This document shows positions 1 through 8,586 of a DNA stretch of 35,920 nucleotides, one piece after another; the first letter of the stretch is position 1; the number at the start of each line of letters is the position of its first letter. This DNA is from a virus. Lineage: Duplodnaviria > Caudoviricetes. The position numbers and the translations under genes are program-made. The notes under the pieces were generated by a model. It saw only the letters and a list, made by a program, of their open reading frames with translations. It did no database searches and was not told the DNA's origin. The stretch spans positions 1 through 35,920 of the IMG/VR virus record IMGVR_UViG_3300026831_000002. The stretch is one strand, 5' to 3'.

Positions 1-351
1 ATTATATGGTTTATTATCGTATTCTACCTTGCATTTGTTATAAGACATAATGCTGTCAAATAGCCTCTGCCTCTGTTCATCATATTGGCCTATTGGAAGG
101 CCCACGACTGAATAAATATCTTTTGCTCCATTTAGGATAAAAGCATAAATCAAGCTCACCATATTAATTTCAGTATTAGTCTTATCAACTTCGCTCGTCA
201 TCGTTCCAATTCCAGGATAATAATTCTTACCGTCAATTGACAGCTTCTTTCCACCAGTAATGCTTTTATCTGTTCTTGATATGGCGCTTTTAAATTTGTT
301 ACCTCTGTGATCTTTAGTTGAATCATACCCAACGTCTATGCCTAATAGCAT
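1..351 (-). CDS. parM: ParM/StbA-family actin-like ATPase, 5' part (runs off the window edge; not in the ORF track)
   Basis: Manual translation from ATG 351: MLLGIDVGYDSTKDHRGNKFKS...VVGLPIGQYDEQR. GIDxGxxxTK phosphate-1 motif and GLP motif of actin-like partition ATPases; SD GAAAGG upstream; open to base 1. Confidence 0.85.
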   Translation of the reverse strand, partial: MLLGIDVGYDSTKDHRGNKFKSAISRTDKSITGGKKLSIDGKNYYPGIGTMTSEVDKTNTEINMVSLIYAFILNGAKDIYSVVGLPIGQYDEQRQRLFDSIMSYNKCKVEYDNKPYN

Positions 352-366
352 CCTTACCTTTCCAAA

Positions 367-470
367 TTTATATCAATTGATATAAACTTTATCTTTGCTC
401 TTGATATATACTATGATAAATTTATCCAAATAGTACCTGATTTAAAAATATTTATATAAATTTTATCTAG
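367..470. promoter_or_regulatory. Palindromic AT-rich sites upstream of parM; candidate parC/operator region
   Basis: Perfect 20-bp palindrome TTTATATCAATTGATATAAA (367-386), GATAAATTTATC (415-426) and further TTTATC copies. Confidence 0.45.
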
Positions 471-487
471 TATTATTTTTTCACATA

Positions 488-511
488 ATAAAAGCACCGC
501 CGAAGCGGTGC
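488..511 (-). terminator. Intrinsic terminator of cI
   Basis: Minus strand GCACCGC-TTCG-GCGGTGC followed by a T-run, just after the cI stop. Confidence 0.85.
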
Positions 512-515
512 GTAA

Positions 516-947
516 TTAGTCGTGCATACTATCATCTTGATTCACGTGTAACTTATTAACAGATTCTAAAATTCCTTCGTATTCAATTAAAATATTTGAA
601 AAATGATTTAAAAATTCAGTTTTTTCATTTTTATTATAGAAATTATCCAATATAGTTTTTATAACACTCTTATACCTGGAGTCACATAGCTTTAATAATT
701 TATTTAGTTCGCTCTCTTCATAATTTGAAAATTTATTCTCAATTAAGTCTGATTTTACAATTCCAAAATAATCAGCAAGCAATTGTATTTTATCCATCCT
801 CGGCATTTTCTGAGCAGTACACCAACTATTAAATGTGGACAGCCCTATGCCAAGTGTTTTTGCTACTTCTTTCTGTGTCTTATCGTGAATACCCAAATAG
901 AGATTAAGATTACCGCTAAATATCTTTTTGTTTACATTTTCATTCAT
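516..947 (-). CDS. cI: CI-like XRE-family HTH repressor
   Basis: N-terminal HTH (TQKEVAKTLGIGLSTFNSW...PRMDKIQLLADYFG); divergent from a cro-like gene; SD GGGAG. Confidence 0.85.
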   Translation of the reverse strand: MNENVNKKIFSGNLNLYLGIHDKTQKEVAKTLGIGLSTFNSWCTAQKMPRMDKIQLLADYFGIVKSDLIENKFSNYEESELNKLLKLCDSRYKSVIKTILDNFYNKNEKTEFLNHFSNILIEYEGILESVNKLHVNQDDSMHD

Positions 948-982
948 TATATATATCTCCCATAAACAATCATATACAAAAT

Positions 983-1071
983 ATACACCATAAGCAAATA
1001 TAGTGCAAATAAAAAATAATATAGCGTATAGCGTACATTGATTGACAAATGCACTTTATGTAAATTACAAT
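983..1071 (+). promoter_or_regulatory. Early lytic promoter with overlapping 17-bp operators
   Basis: TTGACA (1042-1047)-18-TACAAT (1066-1071). ATACACCATAAGCAAAT (983-999) and ATGCACTTTATGTAAAT (1049-1065) resemble the palindrome at 1304-1320. Confidence 0.65.
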
Positions 1072-1108
1072 TTATATACAGTACCAAATAAATAAGTGAG
1101 GTGTTAAT

Positions 1109-1300
1109 ATGACAAAGATATCACTGGCGGCAGCCAGAGTAAATAAAAAACTAACACAAAAGCAGTTAGCTAAAAAAATTGGTGTTTGTAACTTGACGGT
1201 TATAAAGTGGGAAAATGGTAAATCGTGCCCTAGCGGAAAACAGCTACAAGAGCTGAGCCGGTTATTTGATATACCTATGGATATGATTGATTTAGACTAA
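1109..1300 (+). CDS. cro: Cro-like HTH regulator
   Basis: 63 aa, LAAARVNKKLTQKQLAKKIGV...IKWENG XRE HTH; divergent from cI. Confidence 0.85.
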   Translation: MTKISLAAARVNKKLTQKQLAKKIGVCNLTVIKWENGKSCPSGKQLQELSRLFDIPMDMIDLD

Positions 1301-1303
1301 TCG

Positions 1304-1320
1304 ATACACTTTAAGTGTAT
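1304..1320. promoter_or_regulatory. Symmetric operator downstream of cro
   Basis: ATACACT-TTA-AGTGTAT with perfect inverted arms. Confidence 0.6.
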
Positions 1321-1347
1321 TTTATATATAAATAAGGTGGTGAAATT

Positions 1348-1539
1348 ATGATAATAGAAAATCCGGTTTACGGTAAAATTAAAATACCTGATAGCAAAGA
1401 AGAAATTCAGAAAGAAATTGAGAAAACTGAATTGATGCTTTGTGACGATGTATATTCAATTACATTCGGACAGGCTTACATAGATGTATTAAATGAAGGA
1501 TTGGACACGTTTAGACAGAGGGAGGAAACACAGTGCTAA
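1348..1539 (+). CDS. Hypothetical protein
   Basis: SD AAGGTGGTG; overlaps the primase start. Confidence 0.6.
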   Translation: MIIENPVYGKIKIPDSKEEIQKEIEKTELMLCDDVYSITFGQAYIDVLNEGLDTFRQREETQC

Positions 1540-3704
1540 CTTTACAAGAGTTATTGACCTATTTTAAGGTATCAAAAAAACTGAATGAAACCTCTTATCA
1601 ATGTAATTGCCCTGTCCATGGAGACGGAAAAGCAAGTTTGACTATATCAGAAAATAAAGGGAAGTTACTCCTCTTCTGCCATGCCGGATGTAAAACCGAG
1701 GACATTTTAAATGCTGTAGGTCTTACATTTAATGACATAGGAGATTATGCGCCACCACAATGGAAAGAACGGTTAGAATATTCCAAGGGACGTAAAATTG
1801 AAGCTATATATAATTACTGTGATGCTAATGGAAAATATCTATACTCAAAAATTAGACTTGAAGGTAAAGAAATACTGCATGCTGTAATTGACCAAAAGAA
1901 TGATACATATTCATTGGGGCGTGGAAGTAAGCACACGGTATTATATAACTTGCCAAAGCTAATTAAGGCTATTGCTGATGGATACCCGGTGTATATCGTT
2001 GAGGGTGAAAAAGATGCTGATACATTAAATAGACTAGGATATACCGCAACCACTCCAGGAGGATGCAGTGATTGGAAGAAAGAATTTGCTTCGTATTTTA
2101 CAGGGGCCAAGGTCATTATTCTACCGGACAATGATGTTCCGGGACTGGAATTAAAAGACCGTATCTTGCATGATTTAAAACATTATGCTCACTCTGTATT
2201 TTGGACTTTAACATCACGAACCGAAAAGGGAGATGTTACTGATTATATCGTCAATGAAAATCATCCCAAAGAAGACCTTAAATCGTTGATATTATCAGCT
2301 GAGAAAACACTTGCTCCATGGATTTTCATAGAAGGTAAAGACGATAAAGCCAAAGAAAAAATAAACGGAGACATTCTAGCTGATAGCATAAGTAAATCTC
2401 TGCATTATGTTATAGTAAGGCGCCCGGAGGAGGACAAAGACGATTTTTATATTTATGAAAACGGAGTTTACAACAAATGTAACAGAAATACCGTCAGATC
2501 ATTCATAAGAAATTATATACCAGTGGGACTGGCAAGTGATAACCTGATAAATAATGTATATAATCTTCTAACGTGCAAACGAGGTCATATTTGCGGATAT
2601 CAAGACCTTGATGCGGATGAATGGTATATTAATGTCAAAAACGGATTATATAATGTCAGAACAAAACAACTTGAACCACATACACCTGACAAACTCATAA
2701 CAATACAGTTAAATTGCGAATATCATCCAGAAGATCATACTATGCCAAATTTCACACATTATATCAATGACTTATGTGGAGAAATAGATAGCGGAGTTGA
2801 TGAACAGAAAAAAGCTGTAATTCAAGAATATATGGGTTTAACATTATCAAATATAAGGGTAAGCCGTATTAAAAAATGTTTGGTACTTTATTCGCTACTC
2901 GGAAATTCTGGTAAAACCCAAATATTAAATTTAATCGGAGAATTGCTTGGGACCAGTAATACAATTAATGTACCACTACAGCAAATGAACGAAGCTTCAA
3001 AATTTTCTCTTGGCAGCATAGTCGGAAAACGGTTAATCAGTGTTGGAGATCAGACAGGTAGTGATGTTGAAGATAGTGCAGTATTCAAACAACTTACCGG
3101 AGGAGATCCCGTAAAGGTTGAGCCAAAGAATAAGCAACCGTTCTCGTATATCTTTAATGGGGCTATAGCAATATCATGTAACAACCTTCCTAACTTCCAG
3201 GATGATAAAGGTGGACATGTATTTGAAAGACTATGTATCGTTCCTTGTACCAATACTATACCACAGGAAAAACGTGACGGAGAATTATTGGACAAAATGT
3301 TATTGGAACGTAACGCAATATTCAATTGGTTTATTGAAGGATTGCATCGACTTATAGAAAATAAATATCAGCTTACAAAATCTACTGAATGTGATAATGC
3401 TATTAACGATTACAGAGATAAGTTAGACACCATCTATCGATTTATCCATGAAAATTACAGCATTACTGATAATAAAATGGACATGATACTGAAAACTGAT
3501 TTTGAGGATGCATATACCCAATGGTGTAAAGACAATGATTTTACTGCCATTAATCGAAGAGGTATCAAAGAAAGGATGGAAAAGAATGGTGTACCGTTGA
3601 ACAAGGATTCAAAAGGATATTGGAACTACAGAAATATTGTTAAGGGGAGTGAAGGTTTTATGAGCACTGAAAATTTAGACCAAGAAGAATTACCTTTTAA
3701 ATAA
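1533..3704 (+). CDS. Primase-helicase (Zn finger + TOPRIM + D5-like SF3 helicase), P4/plasmid type
   Basis: CPVHGD...CHAGC zinc motif; VEGEKDAD and DND TOPRIM motifs; GNSGKT Walker A; FKQLTGGD. Confidence 0.9.
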   Translation: MLTLQELLTYFKVSKKLNETSYQCNCPVHGDGKASLTISENKGKLLLFCHAGCKTEDILNAVGLTFNDIGDYAPPQWKERLEYSKGRKIEAIYNYCDANGKYLYSKIRLEGKEILHAVIDQKNDTYSLGRGSKHTVLYNLPKLIKAIADGYPVYIVEGEKDADTLNRLGYTATTPGGCSDWKKEFASYFTGAKVIILPDNDVPGLELKDRILHDLKHYAHSVFWTLTSRTEKGDVTDYIVNENHPKEDLKSLILSAEKTLAPWIFIEGKDDKAKEKINGDILADSISKSLHYVIVRRPEEDKDDFYIYENGVYNKCNRNTVRSFIRNYIPVGLASDNLINNVYNLLTCKRGHICGYQDLDADEWYINVKNGLYNVRTKQLEPHTPDKLITIQLNCEYHPEDHTMPNFTHYINDLCGEIDSGVDEQKKAVIQEYMGLTLSNIRVSRIKKCLVLYSLLGNSGKTQILNLIGELLGTSNTINVPLQQMNEASKFSLGSIVGKRLISVGDQTGSDVEDSAVFKQLTGGDPVKVEPKNKQPFSYIFNGAIAISCNNLPNFQDDKGGHVFERLCIVPCTNTIPQEKRDGELLDKMLLERNAIFNWFIEGLHRLIENKYQLTKSTECDNAINDYRDKLDTIYRFIHENYSITDNKMDMILKTDFEDAYTQWCKDNDFTAINRRGIKERMEKNGVPLNKDSKGYWNYRNIVKGSEGFMSTENLDQEELPFK

Positions 3705-3728
3705 CCTTATATATAGTTTAGTGACTAT

Positions 3729-3966
3729 ACGGAAAGTTTTACGGAAAGAAAACGGAAGAAAAACGGAAACAGAAACCCAGTAAAATCAAGGCTTACGGAA
3801 GAAACGGAAATATATTTTTAATTAGATAAATATTTTAAAAATATATTATAAATATATATGATGTGAAAAAAATCTTCCGTTTTTCCAAAATTGCCAACAA
3901 ACCATGTAAAATCAATGGTTGTAGCCACGGAAAGTAGGTTTTCAAAAGTTTCCGTATTTGTCCGTA
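3729..3966. repeat. Iteron-type replication origin
   Basis: ACGGAA at 3729, 3741, 3752, 3763, 3795, 3804, 3927; inverted TTCCGT at 3875, 3950; AT-rich core ~3811-3870; directly after the primase-helicase. Confidence 0.75.
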
Positions 3967-4031
3967 AAGTAATATTTAATAATAATTGATACTATTTTTT
4001 TGGAGATTGATGATATTGGAGGTGAATTATA

Positions 4032-4253
4032 ATGTGTGAATACTGTTCAGACGGTGAATCAATCAGCAATAGAGAATATTCAAATAAAACCGATGCTTAT
4101 GTTGAATTTGATGCTTCTATTGACGGAAATGTATTAAATATAGTTTGCTGTACCAATATAGGTACAATGTCGCAAGGTACTACATATTTAGAGAAAGATA
4201 TAAAAATTAATTACTGCCCGATGTGTGGACGCAAGCTAAATAATGATAAATAA
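4032..4253 (+). CDS. Small zinc-ribbon protein
   Basis: CEYC...INYCPMCGRKL; SD GGAGGTG. Confidence 0.7.
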   Translation: MCEYCSDGESISNREYSNKTDAYVEFDASIDGNVLNIVCCTNIGTMSQGTTYLEKDIKINYCPMCGRKLNNDK

Positions 4254-4330
4254 TACCGCTGTCAAGGAATAGTACCAACTACTCTTCTGTTTTGACAGCA
4301 ACAACTAAAAAATTAAAGGAAGTGAATTAT

Positions 4331-4843
4331 ATGGCAAATTCAGATTTTAAGAACCCAATAAAATCATCACCCGAAGAATTGCGTAAATCAATGCAAAAGT
4401 TAAAGGTAATATATGATTGGCCTAAGATAAATTTAGACAGTGATACAGAAGTTGAGGAACGTATCAGTCTATATTTTAATTACAGCATGCAACAGGGATT
4501 AAGGCCAACGATTGAGGGATTGGCTCTTTCTATTGGCATATCTCGTAACTCACTATGGGAATGGGAAACAGGCAGAAGCCGCGCTACATCCAGCAATTCC
4601 AGAGGTGACATCATAAAAAAAGCGAAGGATTATATAGCATTTTTGATGTCAAATGAGGTCATGAATGGCAATATCAACCCGGTTACCTGGATATTCTACG
4701 CTAAGAATTATTTTGGAATGGTTGATAAACAGGAAATTAATGTATCAGCAAATAACCAGCTCGCCCCAACAATGGATTTGGAACAGATCGCCGAAAAGGT
4801 TAAGTCTGACGTGGTGATTGATGCAGATTGGAAAGAGGAATAG
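4331..4843 (+). CDS. terS: Terminase small subunit (P22 gp3-like)
   Basis: PTIEGLALSIGISR...WE HTH and IFYAKNYFGMVDKQE motif; start moved to ATG 4331 behind SD AAAGGA. Confidence 0.75.
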   Translation: MANSDFKNPIKSSPEELRKSMQKLKVIYDWPKINLDSDTEVEERISLYFNYSMQQGLRPTIEGLALSIGISRNSLWEWETGRSRATSSNSRGDIIKKAKDYIAFLMSNEVMNGNINPVTWIFYAKNYFGMVDKQEINVSANNQLAPTMDLEQIAEKVKSDVVIDADWKEE

Positions 4844-4947
4844 ATACATCGCTTGACAGCAAACAGCCTAACGCAAGCCAGAACATGACGGATAAGCGCA
4901 TAAAAATAATACAACGATTGCTGCTATCAAATATAATTAACCACACA

Positions 4948-4981
4948 AAAATAAGGACCCGGTCAATTCCGAGTCCTTTTA
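4948..4981. terminator. Probable bidirectional terminator between terS and the resolvase
   Basis: AAGGACCCGG-TCAATT-CCGAGTCCTT flanked by A and T runs, between convergent genes. Confidence 0.65.
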
Positions 4982-4993
4982 ATTTATCTATAT

Positions 4994-5701
4994 TTAATTA
5001 AGTTCTTCCAATATCTCGTTCTTATATTTATAAAAACTTACCTTAGATATCCCTATCAGCTTCCATGTATCCTCATTGGTTAATGGTCCGCCAAAAGTAT
5101 TGTTGTATTTTTGGATTTGTTCCTTGGCCTTAATAGACTTTTGGGTTAGCAGCTTCGTGCCCTCAACCGCTCCTATCTGCTTGCCATTCTGTCTTGCAGT
5201 TTCAATTCCCTCTTTGGTTCGTTGGTGTAGATCGTCTACTTCCTTCTGTGATTGCTCAAATGCAAGCCTAATCTGTTTCTCTGCTAACTTACTGATGTAC
5301 TTTGATACTACCGATAGAATGTCGTTTACTAATTCATCCGCATCCGTATCGTTGGTTGATATGGATAACTTAATTTGTCCATCGGCTAGGCTTCGGTAAC
5401 TATCAGTATTAATGGTCTGTTCTTTTAGAAATATCAAATTGATATTCTTATTATATAATTCCATGTAGGTAGTAAATCCTTCATCTGCGTTTCTGCTCAT
5501 TCTGGATACGCTATCAAATACGATGGTATCATTAGGCTTAATCTTCTTTAATAGCTTATTCCATTCTGGCCTGTTTAATATCTTAGTGCCTGTGTATATC
5601 TCCTGCCTTATATCTGCTGCTGGGTACGATTCTCTGATGTTTCTTATCTGCCGTTCAATATTCTGCTTACTTGTGCTGATTCTACAATATCCATATATCA
5701 T
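4994..5701 (-). CDS. Small serine recombinase (resolvase family)
   Basis: YGYCRISTSKQNIERQ catalytic Ser motif; DSVSRMSR; RTKEGI..AR..GK.IG; C-terminal HTH. Confidence 0.92.
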   Translation of the reverse strand: MIYGYCRISTSKQNIERQIRNIRESYPAADIRQEIYTGTKILNRPEWNKLLKKIKPNDTIVFDSVSRMSRNADEGFTTYMELYNKNINLIFLKEQTINTDSYRSLADGQIKLSISTNDTDADELVNDILSVVSKYISKLAEKQIRLAFEQSQKEVDDLHQRTKEGIETARQNGKQIGAVEGTKLLTQKSIKAKEQIQKYNNTFGGPLTNEDTWKLIGISKVSFYKYKNEILEELN

Positions 5702-5715
5702 ATTATCATCCCTCC

Positions 5716-5830
5716 ATAGTCCTAAATCTAACGACCGTTTGTTTTATGACTATAGTATAATGCTGATTTCAAACAAAGTCAATATACTTTTAGTACTTTT
5801 TTCTATAACATTAAATTTAGTACTGTTATG
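5716..5830 (-). promoter_or_regulatory. Resolvase promoter and candidate res site
   Basis: 38-bp imperfect palindrome ATAGTCCTAAATCTAACG-AC-CGTTTGTTTTATGACTAT (5716-5753); minus strand TTGACT-17-TATACT; TTTAGTACT twice (5789, 5816). Confidence 0.6.
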
Positions 5831-6073
5831 TGATAGCCGCAAGTAAACACCCGGGTGGGGGTCTAGACGGAGCATGGCGCCCGGCACACCCTCAGTCGTC
5901 CGAGTATCCGAAAAATATAAAAAGCCTTTATTACTACCCGCGCCTACATAAATTTAAACCTCGTCCTCAAATGTGAAGTCTCTAAATTTTTTTCAAAAAA
6001 CAAAAAGGGTTTATGGTTAATCACAAAATATAGTGCGTATTCAATTTCATTATATACATATAGCCCACTTTTA

Positions 6074-6103
6074 TTGACACTTACATTCTGACTATTCTAT
6101 AAT
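6074..6103 (+). promoter_or_regulatory. Consensus sigma-A promoter
   Basis: TTGACA-18-TATAAT upstream of the small-ORF cluster. Confidence 0.75.
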
Positions 6104-6186
6104 TATTGTAGAAGATAGAACAAGGCCAATTTGAGCAATAATTATCTTCTGTTTTGTCGTATAAATAATAAAATGGGAGGTGGATC

Positions 6187-6474
6187 ATGCCAATAAAATC
6201 CGAACGTACCACCAAATTAATGTACTCGCTTGACGGCAATGAGTTTAAAAAATTTAGCCTTGACGATATTCCTAGTGAGTCACAATTAGAAATCACGACA
6301 CTTGCCGATTCTCCATGTCCATCAGATATATTATATAATCCTTATGAACATACATTGACTTTTGATATTAATACTTCACATCCGCTAATAAGCAGGATAT
6401 TACATATACTTTATGGCAAATCAAATAATTGGTTGAGGATGCATGGGTATCCGATGATTAGAAAGGTTGGGTGA
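6187..6474 (+). CDS. Hypothetical protein
   Basis: SD GGGAGGTG; C-terminal NNWLRMHGYPM. Confidence 0.7.
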   Translation: MPIKSERTTKLMYSLDGNEFKKFSLDDIPSESQLEITTLADSPCPSDILYNPYEHTLTFDINTSHPLISRILHILYGKSNNWLRMHGYPMIRKVG

Positions 6475-6478
6475 TATA

Positions 6479-6658
6479 GTGAATTGTATTAAATATATAA
6501 TACACTACTTCTTTGGTAAACATCAATGGAAACTTGGAGCAAGATTTTACTACGATAAAAATGGAAAGCAAACTGACGATGAATATGTTTTTGTTTGCCG
6601 CAGATGCCCTAGAGAAAAACATATTAAAATTTACCGCGCCGAAGGAGCTGCCAAATGA
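6479..6658 (+). CDS. Hypothetical small Cys/His protein
   Basis: GKHQW...CRRC; GTG 6479 is the better-spaced start (track start is 6467). Confidence 0.55.
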   Translation: MNCIKYIIHYFFGKHQWKLGARFYYDKNGKQTDDEYVFVCRRCPREKHIKIYRAEGAAK

Positions 6659-6870
6659 AGCATTACATAATCTGGTTAAAGTCCGGTGAATGCATCACTG
6701 GTGATATATCCGATGAAACAGTGAACAGACTATGTCTTGACGGCAAAAGTGTTTTAAAATTTGAAGATACGGAAGGTTCTATTGTTGTAAAGCGTAATCG
6801 AATTGAAGCCATTGGAATTAATAATGCTATTGAAACCAATAAGTGTGGATTTAAGAAAGCCGGTGATTAA
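6655..6870 (+). CDS. Hypothetical protein
   Basis: SD AAGGAG; ATGA overlap with the previous ORF. Confidence 0.65.
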   Translation: MKHYIIWLKSGECITGDISDETVNRLCLDGKSVLKFEDTEGSIVVKRNRIEAIGINNAIETNKCGFKKAGD

Positions 6871-7167
6871 ATGAATATAATTAATGATATTGCTATGAAA
6901 TTTGCAAAACAGTATGATGAATTTTTTAGTAATTGCGTAAAGCAGTACGAATTTGACATAGATAAGCTTAAGCAATCAGTTGCAACAAATCGTTGTGTAA
7001 GCCATGGAAATAACCGTCATTATTTTATTGATGGCAAATACGCTTTTAGTATTAGACAAGACGCTGAACTTTTAAATGAAGATGATTCATATAAATACAA
7101 CGTGACTTTAAAATCATTTTATGATGAAAGCATGGTTAATTATCCGATAGCGAAAGTTGGTGATTGA
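6871..7167 (+). CDS. Hypothetical protein
   Basis: Abuts the previous stop; GAAAGCCGGTGA SD. Confidence 0.65.
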   Translation: MNIINDIAMKFAKQYDEFFSNCVKQYEFDIDKLKQSVATNRCVSHGNNRHYFIDGKYAFSIRQDAELLNEDDSYKYNVTLKSFYDESMVNYPIAKVGD

Positions 7168-7413
7168 ATGTTCAGCATGACCAATTCAGACTATATAATA
7201 TCCGTCAACAACCACACCTATTCCGCTGACCTGCAGCACGTAGAAAGTTGTATCCGTATTGGTAAAGAAGCCATGAAAGGTAAGAACGCCATTATTGCTG
7301 TCAAGAAAGGCAATATTGTGATGTTATTAAGTGAAATTTATAAAAGTAAGCAAGAACTTAACAAAACTATGGCTGAGTATGTGAAACAGGGGTTTAATGT
7401 GTATATTGCTTAG
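7168..7413 (+). CDS. Hypothetical protein
   Basis: Abuts the previous stop; GAAAGTTGGTGA SD. Confidence 0.65.
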   Translation: MFSMTNSDYIISVNNHTYSADLQHVESCIRIGKEAMKGKNAIIAVKKGNIVMLLSEIYKSKQELNKTMAEYVKQGFNVYIA

Positions 7414-7428
7414 AAAGTCGGTGATAAG

Positions 7429-7962
7429 TTGGCAAATAAATATGAAATTCTAGGTCAATATGTTGTTGTGAAACTTTCAAATTGTGATGACGAAATGCTT
7501 TGTAACGCATCGGATTGGGATAAACACAAAGGCATTACATGGAGAAAAAGTCCAAGCGGTTATGCCTATGCAGTATCATCGAGAAAGACAGGTCGCAAAA
7601 CAATATATTTTCATGCAGAGATAGCCAGCGACATAGGGGTTGCGTATGTTAAGCATAAAAATTCAAACAAGCTTGACAATCGAAGAATAAATTTTAAGCC
7701 AAGCAAAATCAAATGTAAAATGATATGCGATGGCAAGCGAAGAAGTGTTTTAAATATTACAAGTAAGACAGCTAAAAACAATACTAGCGGTTGTAAAGGT
7801 GTGTTTTATGATAACAGTTCCAAAAAATGGCGATCGTTCATTCAAATAGACCACAAATACATATGGATTGGTTCATATTTGCATAAAATCAACGCAATTA
7901 AAGCAAGAAAGCAAGCAGAAAAGATATATCACGAACCTTTATTACAGAAAGCCGGTGAATAA
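7429..7962 (+). CDS. HNH endonuclease with C-terminal AP2 domain
   Basis: VKHKNSNKLDNRRIN HNH-like motif; NTSGCKGVFY...KWRSFI...IGSY...AIKARKQAE AP2 domain. Confidence 0.8.
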   Translation: MANKYEILGQYVVVKLSNCDDEMLCNASDWDKHKGITWRKSPSGYAYAVSSRKTGRKTIYFHAEIASDIGVAYVKHKNSNKLDNRRINFKPSKIKCKMICDGKRRSVLNITSKTAKNNTSGCKGVFYDNSSKKWRSFIQIDHKYIWIGSYLHKINAIKARKQAEKIYHEPLLQKAGE

Positions 7963-8532
7963 ATGATGAATATGAAAATTTATTTATTAGACATAAACAC
8001 AGAAATGACACAGGCATGGAAAACATTGTTCGATGGCATAGAAAATATTGAAGTTGTAAACCAACCATTTGACGGCTTCATGAAAAGTCACCTTTATATT
8101 GATTGTGTTGTATCTCCCGCTAATTCATTTGGATTAATGGATGGCGGATTTGACTTGGCAATTACTGAATATTTTGGCAATAAACTACAAAAGAGAGTTC
8201 AGAGATATATCATCAAACACTATTATGGCGAACAGCCAGTCGGCACAAGCATAGCCGTTGCGGCCAATGAAAATGTTTTACTGATACATACACCGTCAAT
8301 GAGATATCCGCAACCAATTATTGATAAGACAGTAATTTATAATTGCATGAGAAGTACTTTGATTACAGCCATGCAAAACAATGTTGGGTGGATTGTTATT
8401 CCCGCTTTTGGTGGATGCACGGGCAGAGTTTCACCAGATGTTATAGCCGATATGATGTACAGAGCCTATGTACAATTACTTAATCCACCAGACGAATTAA
8501 ATTGGGATTATGTAAGAACACAAATAATATAA
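7963..8532 (+). CDS. Macrodomain (ADP-ribose binding/hydrolase) protein
   Basis: DCVVSPANSFGLMDGGFDLAI, HTPSMR and IPAFGGCTG macrodomain motifs. Confidence 0.88.
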   Translation: MMNMKIYLLDINTEMTQAWKTLFDGIENIEVVNQPFDGFMKSHLYIDCVVSPANSFGLMDGGFDLAITEYFGNKLQKRVQRYIIKHYYGEQPVGTSIAVAANENVLLIHTPSMRYPQPIIDKTVIYNCMRSTLITAMQNNVGWIVIPAFGGCTGRVSPDVIADMMYRAYVQLLNPPDELNWDYVRTQII

Positions 8533-8535
8533 TCA

Positions 8536-8586
8536 TTAACCCTTGAATGCCATCGAGCATCACACACAGAAAGAAGTGAACTCATG
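8536..8586 (+). promoter_or_regulatory. Com-box plus RBS-occluding hairpin of terL
   Basis: TTAACCCTT-GAATGCC-ATC-GAGCATCAC; GAG(CA)TCAC pairs with GTGA(A)CTC covering the SD next to the ATG. Confidence 0.7.

Noticed and set aside
3729-3966. CRISPR-like or mini-array repeats
   Set aside because: Units are 6-7 bp, irregularly spaced and in both orientations, which fits iterons. No repeat-spacer array was seen anywhere in the window.
7429-7962. Group I intron around the HNH gene
   Set aside because: Flanking genes are intact and closely abutting; the HNH gene is free-standing.
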